Below are positions 1 to 11,658 of a stretch of DNA of 64,000 bases, one piece after another; position 1 is the stretch's first letter; each line of letters opens with the position of its first letter. The DNA comes from a virus. A model generated the notes under the pieces. That model searched no databases. It had not been told where the DNA came from and saw only the letters and a list, made by a program, of their open reading frames with translations. The stretch is from IMG/VR virus record IMGVR_UViG_3300017779_000001. One strand, 5' to 3'. Both the position numbers and the translations under genes were made by a program.

Positions 1-4
1 AGAC

Positions 5-3000
5 ATGATTACTGATTACAATTTTAGAGAGGGTGAACAAGTCCTCGGAAGAACCAGTAATCAAACTGGTAAAGTAAAAACACATAGACAGAATTCTATA
101 CTTGCAAATAACAAGTTATTAGATTATTCTGATATCGACAGAACAACAGAAGAGTTTCTTGCATATTTCCAAAAAGACTTCATGCCTTCGATTGATTTCT
201 TGATTGAGGCAGACAAGAAACTTATTATAAAACATATTAAAGATTTATACAAGACTAAGGGTACAAAAGAATCCCTAGAGTTCTTGTTCAGAATTCTTTA
301 CAAAGAGAATGCAGAAGTTGTGTATCCTATTGATAACACACTGCATGTATCAGACTCAGGTTGGAAACAAAAGAACTTTATACAAGTTAGAATGGATGAA
401 CCTAGATTTCAACCACCATCACATGGTAAAATTGTACAAAAGGATTCACTAGGTAATAAGGTTGCAGAAGCTGTAATCGAAGGTGTATTCTTTGACCCCA
501 ACTCTGAGATTAATTACAAAGTACAAATATCAGATTTTCACTTTGGTGAGTTTACAGTAGATGGTTTGATAGAAGTTGAAAACCGTAAAACTAAAGAAAT
601 ACAAACAGGAATACTTAGAGGTGTAATATCAGGTACAACTACAGATGTAGGTTATTCTAATACATTTATACTTGAAGATAACTCAGGGGATTTGTTATTA
701 GAAGATGGAACAGGGTTCATTAATGAAGATGACACTCCAACACTTGGTTCACTTTATACATTAACTGATAATGTAATTTTTGAATCAGGTAAAGGTGATG
801 ACGCAACTGATGCTACAGGTCAAGTGGATGGTTTGACATCAGGGTCTGTTACAGAAGTTTATGTATCCGAACAGGGTAGTGGATTTAAGGATGGTGACTT
901 AGTTATATTTGATAACTCAGGAACTGGTGGTTCAGGTGCATTAGGTAGAATCGAAGCTGTAGGTGACATTATGTTATCTGAATCAGGTGTACACTTTGGA
1001 CACTTCGAATATACTGCAACGTCAGGACAAACAGTGGTATCAGGATTAGATGATAACAATCTATTCATGGCATTCGATGAAAACACTGTAAGAATTGATG
1101 TTAATGGTATAACCAAAACAACAGGGTTCACCATAAATGACAATCTTGATACAATAACATTTACCACTGCATTGAATGGTGGAGATTTTGTAGAAGTATT
1201 TGGACAGTTTAATAGTATACTTGCTGAAGACGGAACACCACTAACATATGATAGTGTAGACGGACTATCTGCACCCACAGGAATTAGAAAAGTAACTATA
1301 CTCAATCAGGGTGCTGGGTACAACTCATTACCAATCGCTGCACCTGGCGGTTACATTTATATGAGTGCAACACACTTATCAGGATTCCAAGTAGGTGAAA
1401 CAATTACAGGAGCAGGTGGTGGAACTAGTAAAATCGTCTACATTGATAATGACAGGAATAGATTAGAAGTTCAAAGAAGACCTGAGGATTCAGGGTCATT
1501 TAACACCAACGAAACAATCACAGGTTTACAGTCTACTGCAACAGGTACAATAACACAACACAATGTACCATCAGGAACTAATGCAAAAATTCTTACTTAC
1601 TCAACAACTATAGGTGGGGTTGGTTCACTTCGAATGACAGAAGTGGGTAATAAGTATAACACACATGGTACAATAAAGTCAAGTAGTACTTTCCCAATGT
1701 TAATTACAGTACCATCAAATGTACTTGCACGTGGAACTACCATTACAGGTAATACAACAGGTGCAACAGGTATTGTTATAGATTACAATACAACAACAAG
1801 TGTTTTAAAATTTAAAGACCTCACAGGTTATTTCAAAGAAGGAGAACAACTAAACTATAGTGGTGGAACTTCTAAGGTTGCAAAGTTCAATCCTATTAGA
1901 GCAATGGGTAACTTTGTCGGTGAGGCAATAGAAGATGGAAACTTTGCAAATGACTACGGTTACCTAGATGCATCTGCAATGAACATCTTTGATAGTAAGT
2001 ATTATCAAACACATTCATATGTAATCAAGGTTGGTGAATCTATCAACAAATGGAGGTCTATTGTTAAGAACCTCATTCACCCAGCAGGACATATATTCTT
2101 TGGTGAGGTTGCAATTAGAACAAACGTTAATGCAACTGCAGATGTATATAACAGGACATTCGATAGTACTGAAACAACAAGAGCATTTATACCTACACTT
2201 ATTATTGGTTCAAAAGTAGATTCAATAGATTTACTATGGGAAGATGAAACATGGAATACAGAAGATGACAATGCAGTTAATAATTATTATCCTGTAGAAC
2301 TTGAAGATTCATTAGACGGTAAACTAAAAGCTGAAAGGTATATCAACGGTGTTGTTTATGACAGTGAAAATGATACAAATGTAACAGGTATCATTGACCA
2401 AATAACAGGTCAAGGATATGTCATAGGTACAGAGATTTCTGAAAGTGATGATAGTTTTGTTTCTAGGGTATTAGAAGTAGAAGCTAAGATTAACTCAACA
2501 CACAAAGTGTTTGTCATCATGGAGACTAGAGAAGACGAACTCAATGATGATGTAATAGTATTAAGAGAAGCAGGTATACCGAGTGCAACTACAGACCCAA
2601 GAACAGGTAGTGCAATCAAACCAACAACTTATGATATTGTAAGTGTATCAAACCCAGCAGGTGCAAAATCAGGTGCATTTACTGAGGTTGGTGATAGTTC
2701 ACATAGAGCAAGACACTTAAACTTGTTTGTCATCAATTCATTTGCATCATCGTTTACACAAGTAGGATTGAGACAAGAGGGTGGTATATCGGGTGACATT
2801 GCAAAGACATCATTATCACTTGATTTCAATAACAATGAATATCAAACAAGAGAAGACTTAATCACAGGTGGTAGTTTTAGACCATCAGACAAGGGTAAGG
2901 TTATTCAGTTTGATTCATATGCAGAAGAGTTTTTAATAATGGAAGATGGTTTTAAACTGATTCAAGAACCTGTAGATAACTTCTTGGTACAAGAACCACC

Positions 3001-3496
3001 ATCAAATGAATTCCAACAAGACCATGTAGACGATGAACAATCATATCCTAATCAATCACATGACCAACATGATGGTGATGGATTACTATTTGAAACTGCA
3101 ACAATCAATACCGATGGAGTTAATATCGGTAATGATAAATGGATATTAGAAGATGCAACACTAACAGTCAGGGATGATTACTTTATCACTGAAAGAAGTT
3201 TAGGTGTATCATCTACAGTTTCAAGTGCAAGATTAGGCCCTACTTTACGAAGTATAAATATAATATCAAATCAAAGAGCATTTGACATAGCATATTATAT
3301 CCATCATTACGGAGATGACGATGGAATATTATTAGAAAATGAAGGTGGAAAGGTTATGGATGAGAGAAGTAATCTCGAAGGACTTAGAGTCCGAGACTTA
3401 AATGATTACTATTCTTCCTTCTTAGTACCCGATTTTGAGCAAAAAGCAAACAGAAAATCAAATATTACACTTTCTTCCTATGTTAGCTCAGGTTGA
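5..3496 (+). CDS. gp7: baseplate wedge protein gp7-like (probably starts upstream of the window)
   Basis: LLDYSDIDRT...LIIKHIKDLYKTKGT and YYQTHSYVIKVGESINKWR...HPAGHIFFGE motifs typical of marine T4-like gp7; lies directly before gp8; frame is open at the window edge. Confidence 0.75.
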   Translation: MITDYNFREGEQVLGRTSNQTGKVKTHRQNSILANNKLLDYSDIDRTTEEFLAYFQKDFMPSIDFLIEADKKLIIKHIKDLYKTKGTKESLEFLFRILYKENAEVVYPIDNTLHVSDSGWKQKNFIQVRMDEPRFQPPSHGKIVQKDSLGNKVAEAVIEGVFFDPNSEINYKVQISDFHFGEFTVDGLIEVENRKTKEIQTGILRGVISGTTTDVGYSNTFILEDNSGDLLLEDGTGFINEDDTPTLGSLYTLTDNVIFESGKGDDATDATGQVDGLTSGSVTEVYVSEQGSGFKDGDLVIFDNSGTGGSGALGRIEAVGDIMLSESGVHFGHFEYTATSGQTVVSGLDDNNLFMAFDENTVRIDVNGITKTTGFTINDNLDTITFTTALNGGDFVEVFGQFNSILAEDGTPLTYDSVDGLSAPTGIRKVTILNQGAGYNSLPIAAPGGYIYMSATHLSGFQVGETITGAGGGTSKIVYIDNDRNRLEVQRRPEDSGSFNTNETITGLQSTATGTITQHNVPSGTNAKILTYSTTIGGVGSLRMTEVGNKYNTHGTIKSSSTFPMLITVPSNVLARGTTITGNTTGATGIVIDYNTTTSVLKFKDLTGYFKEGEQLNYSGGTSKVAKFNPIRAMGNFVGEAIEDGNFANDYGYLDASAMNIFDSKYYQTHSYVIKVGESINKWRSIVKNLIHPAGHIFFGEVAIRTNVNATADVYNRTFDSTETTRAFIPTLIIGSKVDSIDLLWEDETWNTEDDNAVNNYYPVELEDSLDGKLKAERYINGVVYDSENDTNVTGIIDQITGQGYVIGTEISESDDSFVSRVLEVEAKINSTHKVFVIMETREDELNDDVIVLREAGIPSATTDPRTGSAIKPTTYDIVSVSNPAGAKSGAFTEVGDSSHRARHLNLFVINSFASSFTQVGLRQEGGISGDIAKTSLSLDFNNNEYQTREDLITGGSFRPSDKGKVIQFDSYAEEFLIMEDGFKLIQEPVDNFLVQEPPSNEFQQDHVDDEQSYPNQSHDQHDGDGLLFETATINTDGVNIGNDKWILEDATLTVRDDYFITERSLGVSSTVSSARLGPTLRSINIISNQRAFDIAYYIHHYGDDDGILLENEGGKVMDERSNLEGLRVRDLNDYYSSFLVPDFEQKANRKSNITLSSYVSSG

Positions 3497-3499
3497 TTG

Positions 3500-3507
3500 T
3501 ATAAATA
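3500..3507 (+). promoter_or_regulatory. T4-type late promoter TATAAATA
   Basis: exact gp55 consensus in the gp7-gp8 gap. Confidence 0.8.
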
Positions 3508-3534
3508 GTTTATATCAATTGGAGATTTTAAAAA

Positions 3535-4989
3535 ATGGCAGCTATAATTACAGAAAAGTTTAGGATTAATAATGCTAAACAATTTAAAGAAGATTTTGGG
3601 GAAGCAGGTTCCTCAACATACCTCTTTATAGGACGACCTTATCTTTGGGGAACAGATGATACTGTAGAAACCCCAATCAATGCGATTGGAGATGAGATTG
3701 ATGCTTATGAAGATATGGTTTCACTTAAAAAAGTGAACACTGCAGACGTATCACACGGTCTTGCAAGAAGAGATTGGACATCAGGTACAATCTATGACGA
3801 ATATGCACACGATTATTCATCATCAAACACAGCTCCTTCAGGTGCAACAGGTTTGTATGATTCAAAATTCTATGTTATCACAGATGAATACAATGTATAC
3901 AAGTGTATTAGAACTGGAAGAAACACTTCAGGTACTGCAGTTGCATCAACTGTAAAACCAACAGGTGTTGACCCCGACAACCTAGTAGCAACAACAGATA
4001 CTGGTGCTGGTTCAGGTAGAGGATACCTTTGGAAATACATATACACTGTAAGTGCATCAGATGTTATCAAATTCGTAACAAACGATTTTATCCCAGTTAA
4101 AACATTGGGAGCTCAAACAGAAGTAAACGGAGAGACAGGACTCGGTTCAGCTGCCGGTGACGATGGTTCTGCTCAATGGGATGTTGAAAACAACGCAGAC
4201 GATGGTGAAGTACTACACGTCAGAGTCACTAATGGTGGTTCAGGTTACACTAATGGTACATACACAAGTGTTCCTATCAAAGGAGATGGTTCAAGTGGTA
4301 CATGTACAGTTGTTGTAGCTTCAAATGCAATCAAATACGTCACAATAACAAACGAAGGAAGTGGTTACAGAAGAGCATCAATTAATATCGGTGATATCTC
4401 AGGTATCGGTTCAGGTTCAGGTGGTTCATTAACACCAATCATATCTCCAATTTATGGTCATGGTGCAGACCCAGTTTCTGAACTAGGTGGAAACTATGTA
4501 ATCGTCAACTCTAGATTAGAGTTTGCAGAAGGTGAGGGAGATTTCCCAACAGACAACGATTTTAGAAGAATCGGATTAGTTAAAGACCCATTCGAAGATG
4601 GAACAACAACAGTTGCAACTGCACCTACACTAGCTGCATACGATAAGATAACACTATCGAGTGTATCAGGTCTTGCAATTGACGACATCATTAGAAATGC
4701 ATCATCAGATGGTGCTGGTGTTGCAAACGGAAGAGTCGTATCAATCGACACAACAAATAAAATAGTATCTTACTTGAAAGTTGCAAATAATGATAATACA
4801 TATCATGCATTCTCAAGTACAAATACAGTGTTTGTCGGTTCAGGTACAATTGGTACAGTATCGGCAGTTGATGAAAACTATCCCGAAGTTGAAAGACATT
4901 CAGGTAATGTTACCTACATTGAAAACAGGGGTGCAGTATCAAGAGCTGCAGACCAAATAGAAGACATTAAACTCATTATTGAGATGTAA
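3535..4989 (+). CDS. gp8: baseplate wedge subunit gp8
   Basis: MAAIITEKFRINNAKQF start, YVITDEYNVYKC, GYLWKYIY, C-terminal YIENRGAVSRAADQIEDIKLIIEM. Confidence 0.9.
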   Translation: MAAIITEKFRINNAKQFKEDFGEAGSSTYLFIGRPYLWGTDDTVETPINAIGDEIDAYEDMVSLKKVNTADVSHGLARRDWTSGTIYDEYAHDYSSSNTAPSGATGLYDSKFYVITDEYNVYKCIRTGRNTSGTAVASTVKPTGVDPDNLVATTDTGAGSGRGYLWKYIYTVSASDVIKFVTNDFIPVKTLGAQTEVNGETGLGSAAGDDGSAQWDVENNADDGEVLHVRVTNGGSGYTNGTYTSVPIKGDGSSGTCTVVVASNAIKYVTITNEGSGYRRASINIGDISGIGSGSGGSLTPIISPIYGHGADPVSELGGNYVIVNSRLEFAEGEGDFPTDNDFRRIGLVKDPFEDGTTTVATAPTLAAYDKITLSSVSGLAIDDIIRNASSDGAGVANGRVVSIDTTNKIVSYLKVANNDNTYHAFSSTNTVFVGSGTIGTVSAVDENYPEVERHSGNVTYIENRGAVSRAADQIEDIKLIIEM

Positions 4990-5031
4990 TCAAGTTCTTA
5001 GAACTTTAAACTAAAATATTGGTAGAAATTT

Positions 5032-8000
5032 ATGACAGAGAAGACAGACCTTAATGTAACCCCGTATCACGATGATTTTTCTGAAGACAAGAAGTTTCAT
5101 AAAGTATTATTCCGTGCTGGGAGACCATTACAAGCTAGAGAATTAACTCAGTCTCAATCTATATTACAGAATCAAGTCGAAAGATTTGCTGGACATATAT
5201 TTGAGGAAGGGTCTCTTGTGGATGGAGCTCAAACAGACGTAGTGTATGATTACGGTTATGTAAAGGTTGATAATGTCAATCCGAACAGTGTTGGTGGTTC
5301 AGTTTCTACATACTTAGATTCATTTAAAGACAAATACATTCAGGGTAAAACTTCAGGTGCAGTTGCAAGAGTATACTTAACAGTTGCAGAAACATCTGAT
5401 GACCCAACAACTCTTGTTGTAAAATACTTAGCAGGTGGAACAGATTCATCAAACTCTTTTTACTTTGATGCAAATGAAGAATTAGAAGAAGTAAATGTTG
5501 ATGAGAATGGTAACCCAACATCTGCAAGTAATAATAATGAATTCAAAGTGCAAACAATTGATAAAAGTCCAGTTGGTCGTTCATCCGTTGCAAGTATCAC
5601 AGAAGGTGTAGTATATCTTAGAGGTTTCTTTGTAAAGGTTGACGCTGCACAATTAATTTTAGAAAAGTATTCAGGACAACCATCATATAGAGTTGGTTTA
5701 GATATCTCAGAACAATTAATATCTTCTGCAGATGACGACTCATTATTAGACAATGCACAGGGAACAACAAACGAAAACGCACCTGGCGCAGACAGATTTA
5801 AGATTCAAACAACTTTTGTTAAGAAGTTATTGGATACAACAGATGATACTAATTTCATCGAATTATACAGAGTAGTAAATGGTACCACAGAACTAAAAGT
5901 ATCTTCTGCAAATTATAGTAATTTTGAAAATTCACTTGCAAGAAGAACATACGACCAATCAGGTGACTTTACAGTTAGACAGTTCATTCCAACTCTCAGA
6001 GAACACTTACAAGAAAATGACAACCTAGGATATTACACTGCATCACAAGGTGGAGATGTTGGTAAGTTCGTATTACAAGTTTCGCCAGGCAAGGCATATG
6101 TCAGAGGACATGAAATTGATAAGATAGGTACAACACCTATATCATTACCTAAAGCAAGAACAGTTGCAGAGTTATCAGGAACATCTACTTCTGCAAGACT
6201 TGGTAACTATTTAAAAGTAACTAACATTCATTCAGTCCCCGAGTTTGGTAATGAGGGTGGAGAAGATTCACTAAAACCAAATCACTTAATTAAATTATAT
6301 GATAGTACAGTTTCATTAGGGACTGAACCATCAAGTGGTCAAATCGGTTTTGCAAGAGTACGAAACTTTGATGAACTAGAGAGTGTTGATGTAGATAACA
6401 ATAAAGTACTAGACCCTACATCTAAACATGCATTATACCTATTCGACATTAAGATGTTTACCAAGATTGGTATTACTGCATTATCTAATGCAAGTCCAAT
6501 AAATGTTGGTGATAGAGTAGATGACACAGTAACAGGAGCTCATGGTATAGTAGCAGACGTTGACTATTCTAATGACTTTATTTTAGTTCATGACGTACAG
6601 GGTACATTTGTAGTTGGTAATACTATTCAAAGTACAGGGTCTACTAACACAACATATAACAATGCTATTGCATCTGTTAGAAATTATAACATCGATAGAG
6701 TGAGAGGTGTATCACAAACACCTAGTAATGCAAGTAGAGAAAAATTTACTGGTAATGTAATAGTCGATGGTGTAAAGGTTTTATCAGGAACAGTATCACT
6801 TACAGCAGGTAGTGATACTGTAGTTGGTTTTGGAACAAGATTCCAAGACGAATTGAAAGAGGGTGATGTTATAGTCAACCCTATTGATGGTGGAGAACAC
6901 ATTGTACAAACAGTTGGTGGTGCAACATCCGTTACCCTTACAGCTAATGTCGGTAGTGGTAAAACTTTCCAAGGTAATGTTACACGAAGACGAGTTAAGT
7001 TATACGACCAAAACCAAACTGCAAATATTTTTGCATTCAGTAGAGATTTTATAAAATCATTTACACCCGATAGTTGTCAAGTTAGAAGACAGACAACAGT
7101 CGAAGTAGCTAGTCAGGCATTCACTATATCAGCAGGTTCAGGAAATACGTTCCCAGCTATTACTGCATCAAATGTAAATCAATTTGTTGAGATGGCAGTT
7201 ATCGAACAATCATCAGGTTCACCAACATACTTAAATGGTGACGTATTAGACCCAAGAGATTTCTTCACTAGTTTATCAGGAGATAGTAGTACACTATCAT
7301 TTGGTAGTCTTGCAACTGCAAATAACGGTGCAATTTTAAAAGTATCATATACAGTTAACATCGGTTCACCTGTTCAAAGAGATAAAACATTAAGAGAAGG
7401 TAAGATGTTAAAAGTCGGTTCTCCTTCTTCACAAAATAGTTTTTACGGAACTGGTTATGACGACAAAGAAATTTCATTAGGTCTTGCCGATGTATTTAAA
7501 ATCAGAGGAATATATGAGGCAGAGGATGGAAGTAATCCTTTACCCCCTAGTGCAACTATTGACCAATTAAATGCTGGAATACCTTTTGTAGATAAAGAGA
7601 TTATTAAAGGTCAGACAACAGGTGCAAGAGCAAAAATCATTAACTACGCAGGTGATGATAATACAACATACTTCTACTATTTGTCAAGTACACAATTCAA
7701 TTCATCAGAATCTGTAGTTGGAGAGACATCTACTGCAACAGGAACATTATCGAATGTGTCATCAGGTAGTAAAGAAATTAAGAACAGATACTTCTTTGAT
7801 GATGGTCAAAGAGATGGTTTCTATGACTATGCAAAATTACAATTGAAGCCTGGTGAACCAGCTCCAAACAATTCAATACTAATTGTATTTGATTACTTTA
7901 CACATGGTGCTGGTAACTTCTTTGATGTGTCATCATATGACAACCAAGTTTCTTATCAAGAGATTCCAAAGTATATACCAAACAAAGTAGACCTAGGTGG

Positions 8001-11000
8001 TTTAGAACCCGATGGTCAATTTGAGTTATCAGATGCAGTTGACTTTAGACCAGTAGCAGACCAGTTAATTGGTCTCTCAGGTTTTCCAACACAAGACATA
8101 GACCCAACAGATTCAAATCTAGTAGACATTAGTGATAGTTCTACAGGTATTACTGCAGCTCCATTTAAATATGAGAGTACAGGATTTACTGCATCTGCAT
8201 TAGATGTACCAGTAACGAATAGTGCAATTCAAGGTGACATTACTTTCTATGTACCTAGAATCGATAAAGTATTCTTACATAAAGCTGGTAACTTCCAAGT
8301 AAATAGTGGTGTACCATCTTTATCACCAACTAAACCAAAGGTCATGGATGATGCAATTGAAATGTTTGAATTGTTCATTCCACCGTTTACTGCAAACCTA
8401 AAGAAAATTAAGATTAAGAGTATCGACCATAGAAGATATACCATGAAGGATATCGGTAGGATACAAAACAGAGTTGCAAACCTAGAAAGACTTACAACAC
8501 TATCTCTCTTAGAAAGAGATACACAAAACATGCAAATCCAAGATGCAGACGGATTCGATAGATTCAAATCAGGATTTGTTGTTGATTCATTTAAGGGTCA
8601 TGGTATCGGTGATGTTTCTCATCCTGATTATGGTGTTGCAATTGATACTAAACTAGGTACACTTAGACCACAAGTTTACACTTCATTCTTTGACTTAGGT
8701 CTAAATGAAGCTTCATCATCTAGTTATCAGAAGACTGGTGATTTACTAACACTACCATATTCAGAAAAGACATATGTAAATCAAGATAAAGCATCTAGAA
8801 CAATTAATGTCAACCCATATAACGTATTTGCATTTATCGGTAACCTTAAGTTATCTCCAAATTCAGATGTATGGAATGATTCAGAAAGATTACCCGAAGT
8901 TAGAATTAACAGAGAAGGTAACTATGATGCAGTATTAGCTGAGAATACAAACTCACTAGGTACTGTATGGAATGCATGGCAAACAACATGGGTCGGTGAA
9001 CCTAATGTTGTAAATGAAGAAGTTGTTTCATCAAGGCCTGGTTCATGGTCAGGAGACCCAGCACAAGGTGGTGAATGGATACCTGGCGAAGATGTTACAA
9101 GAGTTATTACAGAAACACCCGAGACACAAACAAGAAATGGTGTTAAGACTACAGTAGTCGAAGATTTTGTAGAAGACAGAAGAGACAGGATTGTAAGTGT
9201 AAGTATTATACCTTTCATCCGTTCTAGAAGAGTAGAACTAGATGCACAAAACTTACAACCGAATAGAAAACACTATGTGTTCTTTGATGGTATTAACGTC
9301 AATGCACATGTTACACCTTTCAGTTCAACATTCGGAGACGGTGGTGCAACTGCAAAAGGAACTGTAATTAAATCAAACAGAAATGGAAGACTTCGTGCAT
9401 ATTTTGATATACCAAATAACAATGCACAAAGATTCCCAACAGGTCAAAGAGAAGTCAAGATAACTGCAAGTGAAAGTAATCTTTCTAATCCACCTTCTTA
9501 TGCAAGTAATGTATATCAGGCACAAGGATTATTGCAGTCATCACAAACAGAAATTATATCTACAAAGAATGGTAGAGTTATTAGAGAAAATCTAACAGCA
9601 GGTAGAAGTATTGAAAGGTCAGGAGAGTTCTTTAACAGAACTGCAACCGATTTGGATGCACCTCCATTACCACCAGTACCACCAGCTGAAGACCCACCAT
9701 TACCACCTCCACCACCTCCGCCGCCTGACCCACCACCACCAATCGTGACACCACCAGTGGATGAGGCACCAATTATTCCAAATAATATATTTGATGTCCC
9801 CGATGTATGGGAGTTCAGAGGATGGCAAGACCCATTAGCAGAATCTTTCTTAGTAGAGAGTCGTGGTGGTATGTTTATAACATCTATAGATTTATACTTT
9901 AATACTAAAGATGAAAGTTTACCAGTAACAGTTGAAATTAGAAACATGGTAAATGGTTACCCTGGCCAGATAGTACTTCCGTATTCAGAAGTAACTAAAA
10001 ATCCTAATCTGATAAACATCTCAGAGGATGGTTCAGTTGCAACTACATTTACATTTGATTCACCAGTATATGTTGAAGAAGGACAAGAATATTGTTTCGT
10101 AGTATTATCAAACTCTAACAAGTATGAAACATTCATTTCAACTATGGGTGAAGAAGACATTAAAACTGGTCAATTGATATCAGGACAACCGTACGCAGGT
10201 TCATTATTCAAATCACAAAATGCATCAACATGGACTGCAGAACAAACACAAGACCTTAAGTTCCATATGAAAACTGCAAAGTTTGATACAACAAAAATTG
10301 CAAACATTATATTTGAGAATGGTGATTTAGAAAATGATACACTACAAGTTAACCCTATTCAAACAACATCAGGTTCAAGTAATGTTAAGGTTTATCATTA
10401 TACACATGGTATGTATGATGCAACATCAAATGTAACTTTATCAGGTATACAAGGTGATAGAGAAAACGGTGTAACAAATATAGGTGAAGGAAGTGCAACA
10501 TTATTATCAGGGGCATTACCTTCAAATAGTACTTACAATGATATTGCAACTACATCTAGTGGAAGTGGAACTGGGTGTAAACTCAAGTTCGTAGTAGCTG
10601 GTGGTGCAATATCAGATATAGAAATTCAAGATTGTGGTAGTAATTATAGTGTCTCAGATACTTTAACTGTAACAAACTTGGGTAGTACAACTAATAGTAT
10701 ACAGATTAATATTGATGCTGTAACAGATACTATCGGTGGAGTACCAATTAATCTATTAAATAAAACACATACTGCAATTGCAAATCCAAAACTAGACAGT
10801 TACGAAGTTGTTGTAGATTGGGATTCAACAGATATTGACGGTGCATCTGCACCATCTGTGTCATCATCTGTGGGTGGAGGAACATCAGTAATAGGTACAA
10901 GAAACTATTACTTTGATTCAATCCACACAATGATTCCATCATTGACATTGAGAGATACAAGATTAACATGTAACTTACAATTGTGTGCAATGAATTCACC

Positions 11001-11658
11001 CGAAAGTTATGTGAAAGGAACACCGTATGCAATGAGAAACTCTTCTCAATATGTTACACTTAATGACAATGTATTCTTAGACGCACCAAGTATTGTTGCA
11101 TCAAGAATTAATGAAGTAAATCAATCATCATTATCAGGTACAAGGTCATTTAAAACACAAGTATCATACATCACTTTGAATGAAAACGTATCACCAGTAA
11201 TTGATATGTCTTCAATGGGTGTTATCTGTAATGCAAACAGAGTAAATGGTATGAGTTCAACTAATGAGCAAACAATCACCCCAACAGAAAATGCAGAAGG
11301 TGAGATGAATGCAATGACATATGTAACTAAGAGAGTTAACTTAAAAGAACCAGCATCTTCAATTAAGGTTATGTTAGATGGATTTAGTCCATTAAGTACA
11401 GACCTAAAAGTTATGTACAAGGTTCTATTGAATGACGAATCTACTCCTTTTGATGATGTAGGATACAACTTCTTTAACACCGATGGTTCACCTGATATTA
11501 TCGTAGATAAAGATGGTAAGAATTTTAAAGAGTACGAATATAGTATAGAAGACTTACCCGAGTTTACATCTTTTGCAATTAAGATTGTAGGACAAGCACA
11601 TAATACTTCTGTAGTTCCATTAGTGTCTAACCTTAGAGCAATAGCGTTAGCAACGTAA
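5032..11658 (+). CDS. large baseplate-associated structural protein, VrlC/DUF4815-like
   Basis: N-terminal DLNVTPYHDDF...KVLFRAGRPLQARELTQ, DRFKSGFVVDSF, DPLAESFLV and GSLFKSQNASTW motifs; follows gp8 as in marine T4-like phages. Confidence 0.8.
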   Translation: MTEKTDLNVTPYHDDFSEDKKFHKVLFRAGRPLQARELTQSQSILQNQVERFAGHIFEEGSLVDGAQTDVVYDYGYVKVDNVNPNSVGGSVSTYLDSFKDKYIQGKTSGAVARVYLTVAETSDDPTTLVVKYLAGGTDSSNSFYFDANEELEEVNVDENGNPTSASNNNEFKVQTIDKSPVGRSSVASITEGVVYLRGFFVKVDAAQLILEKYSGQPSYRVGLDISEQLISSADDDSLLDNAQGTTNENAPGADRFKIQTTFVKKLLDTTDDTNFIELYRVVNGTTELKVSSANYSNFENSLARRTYDQSGDFTVRQFIPTLREHLQENDNLGYYTASQGGDVGKFVLQVSPGKAYVRGHEIDKIGTTPISLPKARTVAELSGTSTSARLGNYLKVTNIHSVPEFGNEGGEDSLKPNHLIKLYDSTVSLGTEPSSGQIGFARVRNFDELESVDVDNNKVLDPTSKHALYLFDIKMFTKIGITALSNASPINVGDRVDDTVTGAHGIVADVDYSNDFILVHDVQGTFVVGNTIQSTGSTNTTYNNAIASVRNYNIDRVRGVSQTPSNASREKFTGNVIVDGVKVLSGTVSLTAGSDTVVGFGTRFQDELKEGDVIVNPIDGGEHIVQTVGGATSVTLTANVGSGKTFQGNVTRRRVKLYDQNQTANIFAFSRDFIKSFTPDSCQVRRQTTVEVASQAFTISAGSGNTFPAITASNVNQFVEMAVIEQSSGSPTYLNGDVLDPRDFFTSLSGDSSTLSFGSLATANNGAILKVSYTVNIGSPVQRDKTLREGKMLKVGSPSSQNSFYGTGYDDKEISLGLADVFKIRGIYEAEDGSNPLPPSATIDQLNAGIPFVDKEIIKGQTTGARAKIINYAGDDNTTYFYYLSSTQFNSSESVVGETSTATGTLSNVSSGSKEIKNRYFFDDGQRDGFYDYAKLQLKPGEPAPNNSILIVFDYFTHGAGNFFDVSSYDNQVSYQEIPKYIPNKVDLGGLEPDGQFELSDAVDFRPVADQLIGLSGFPTQDIDPTDSNLVDISDSSTGITAAPFKYESTGFTASALDVPVTNSAIQGDITFYVPRIDKVFLHKAGNFQVNSGVPSLSPTKPKVMDDAIEMFELFIPPFTANLKKIKIKSIDHRRYTMKDIGRIQNRVANLERLTTLSLLERDTQNMQIQDADGFDRFKSGFVVDSFKGHGIGDVSHPDYGVAIDTKLGTLRPQVYTSFFDLGLNEASSSSYQKTGDLLTLPYSEKTYVNQDKASRTINVNPYNVFAFIGNLKLSPNSDVWNDSERLPEVRINREGNYDAVLAENTNSLGTVWNAWQTTWVGEPNVVNEEVVSSRPGSWSGDPAQGGEWIPGEDVTRVITETPETQTRNGVKTTVVEDFVEDRRDRIVSVSIIPFIRSRRVELDAQNLQPNRKHYVFFDGINVNAHVTPFSSTFGDGGATAKGTVIKSNRNGRLRAYFDIPNNNAQRFPTGQREVKITASESNLSNPPSYASNVYQAQGLLQSSQTEIISTKNGRVIRENLTAGRSIERSGEFFNRTATDLDAPPLPPVPPAEDPPLPPPPPPPPDPPPPIVTPPVDEAPIIPNNIFDVPDVWEFRGWQDPLAESFLVESRGGMFITSIDLYFNTKDESLPVTVEIRNMVNGYPGQIVLPYSEVTKNPNLINISEDGSVATTFTFDSPVYVEEGQEYCFVVLSNSNKYETFISTMGEEDIKTGQLISGQPYAGSLFKSQNASTWTAEQTQDLKFHMKTAKFDTTKIANIIFENGDLENDTLQVNPIQTTSGSSNVKVYHYTHGMYDATSNVTLSGIQGDRENGVTNIGEGSATLLSGALPSNSTYNDIATTSSGSGTGCKLKFVVAGGAISDIEIQDCGSNYSVSDTLTVTNLGSTTNSIQINIDAVTDTIGGVPINLLNKTHTAIANPKLDSYEVVVDWDSTDIDGASAPSVSSSVGGGTSVIGTRNYYFDSIHTMIPSLTLRDTRLTCNLQLCAMNSPESYVKGTPYAMRNSSQYVTLNDNVFLDAPSIVASRINEVNQSSLSGTRSFKTQVSYITLNENVSPVIDMSSMGVICNANRVNGMSSTNEQTITPTENAEGEMNAMTYVTKRVNLKEPASSIKVMLDGFSPLSTDLKVMYKVLLNDESTPFDDVGYNFFNTDGSPDIIVDKDGKNFKEYEYSIEDLPEFTSFAIKIVGQAHNTSVVPLVSNLRAIALAT

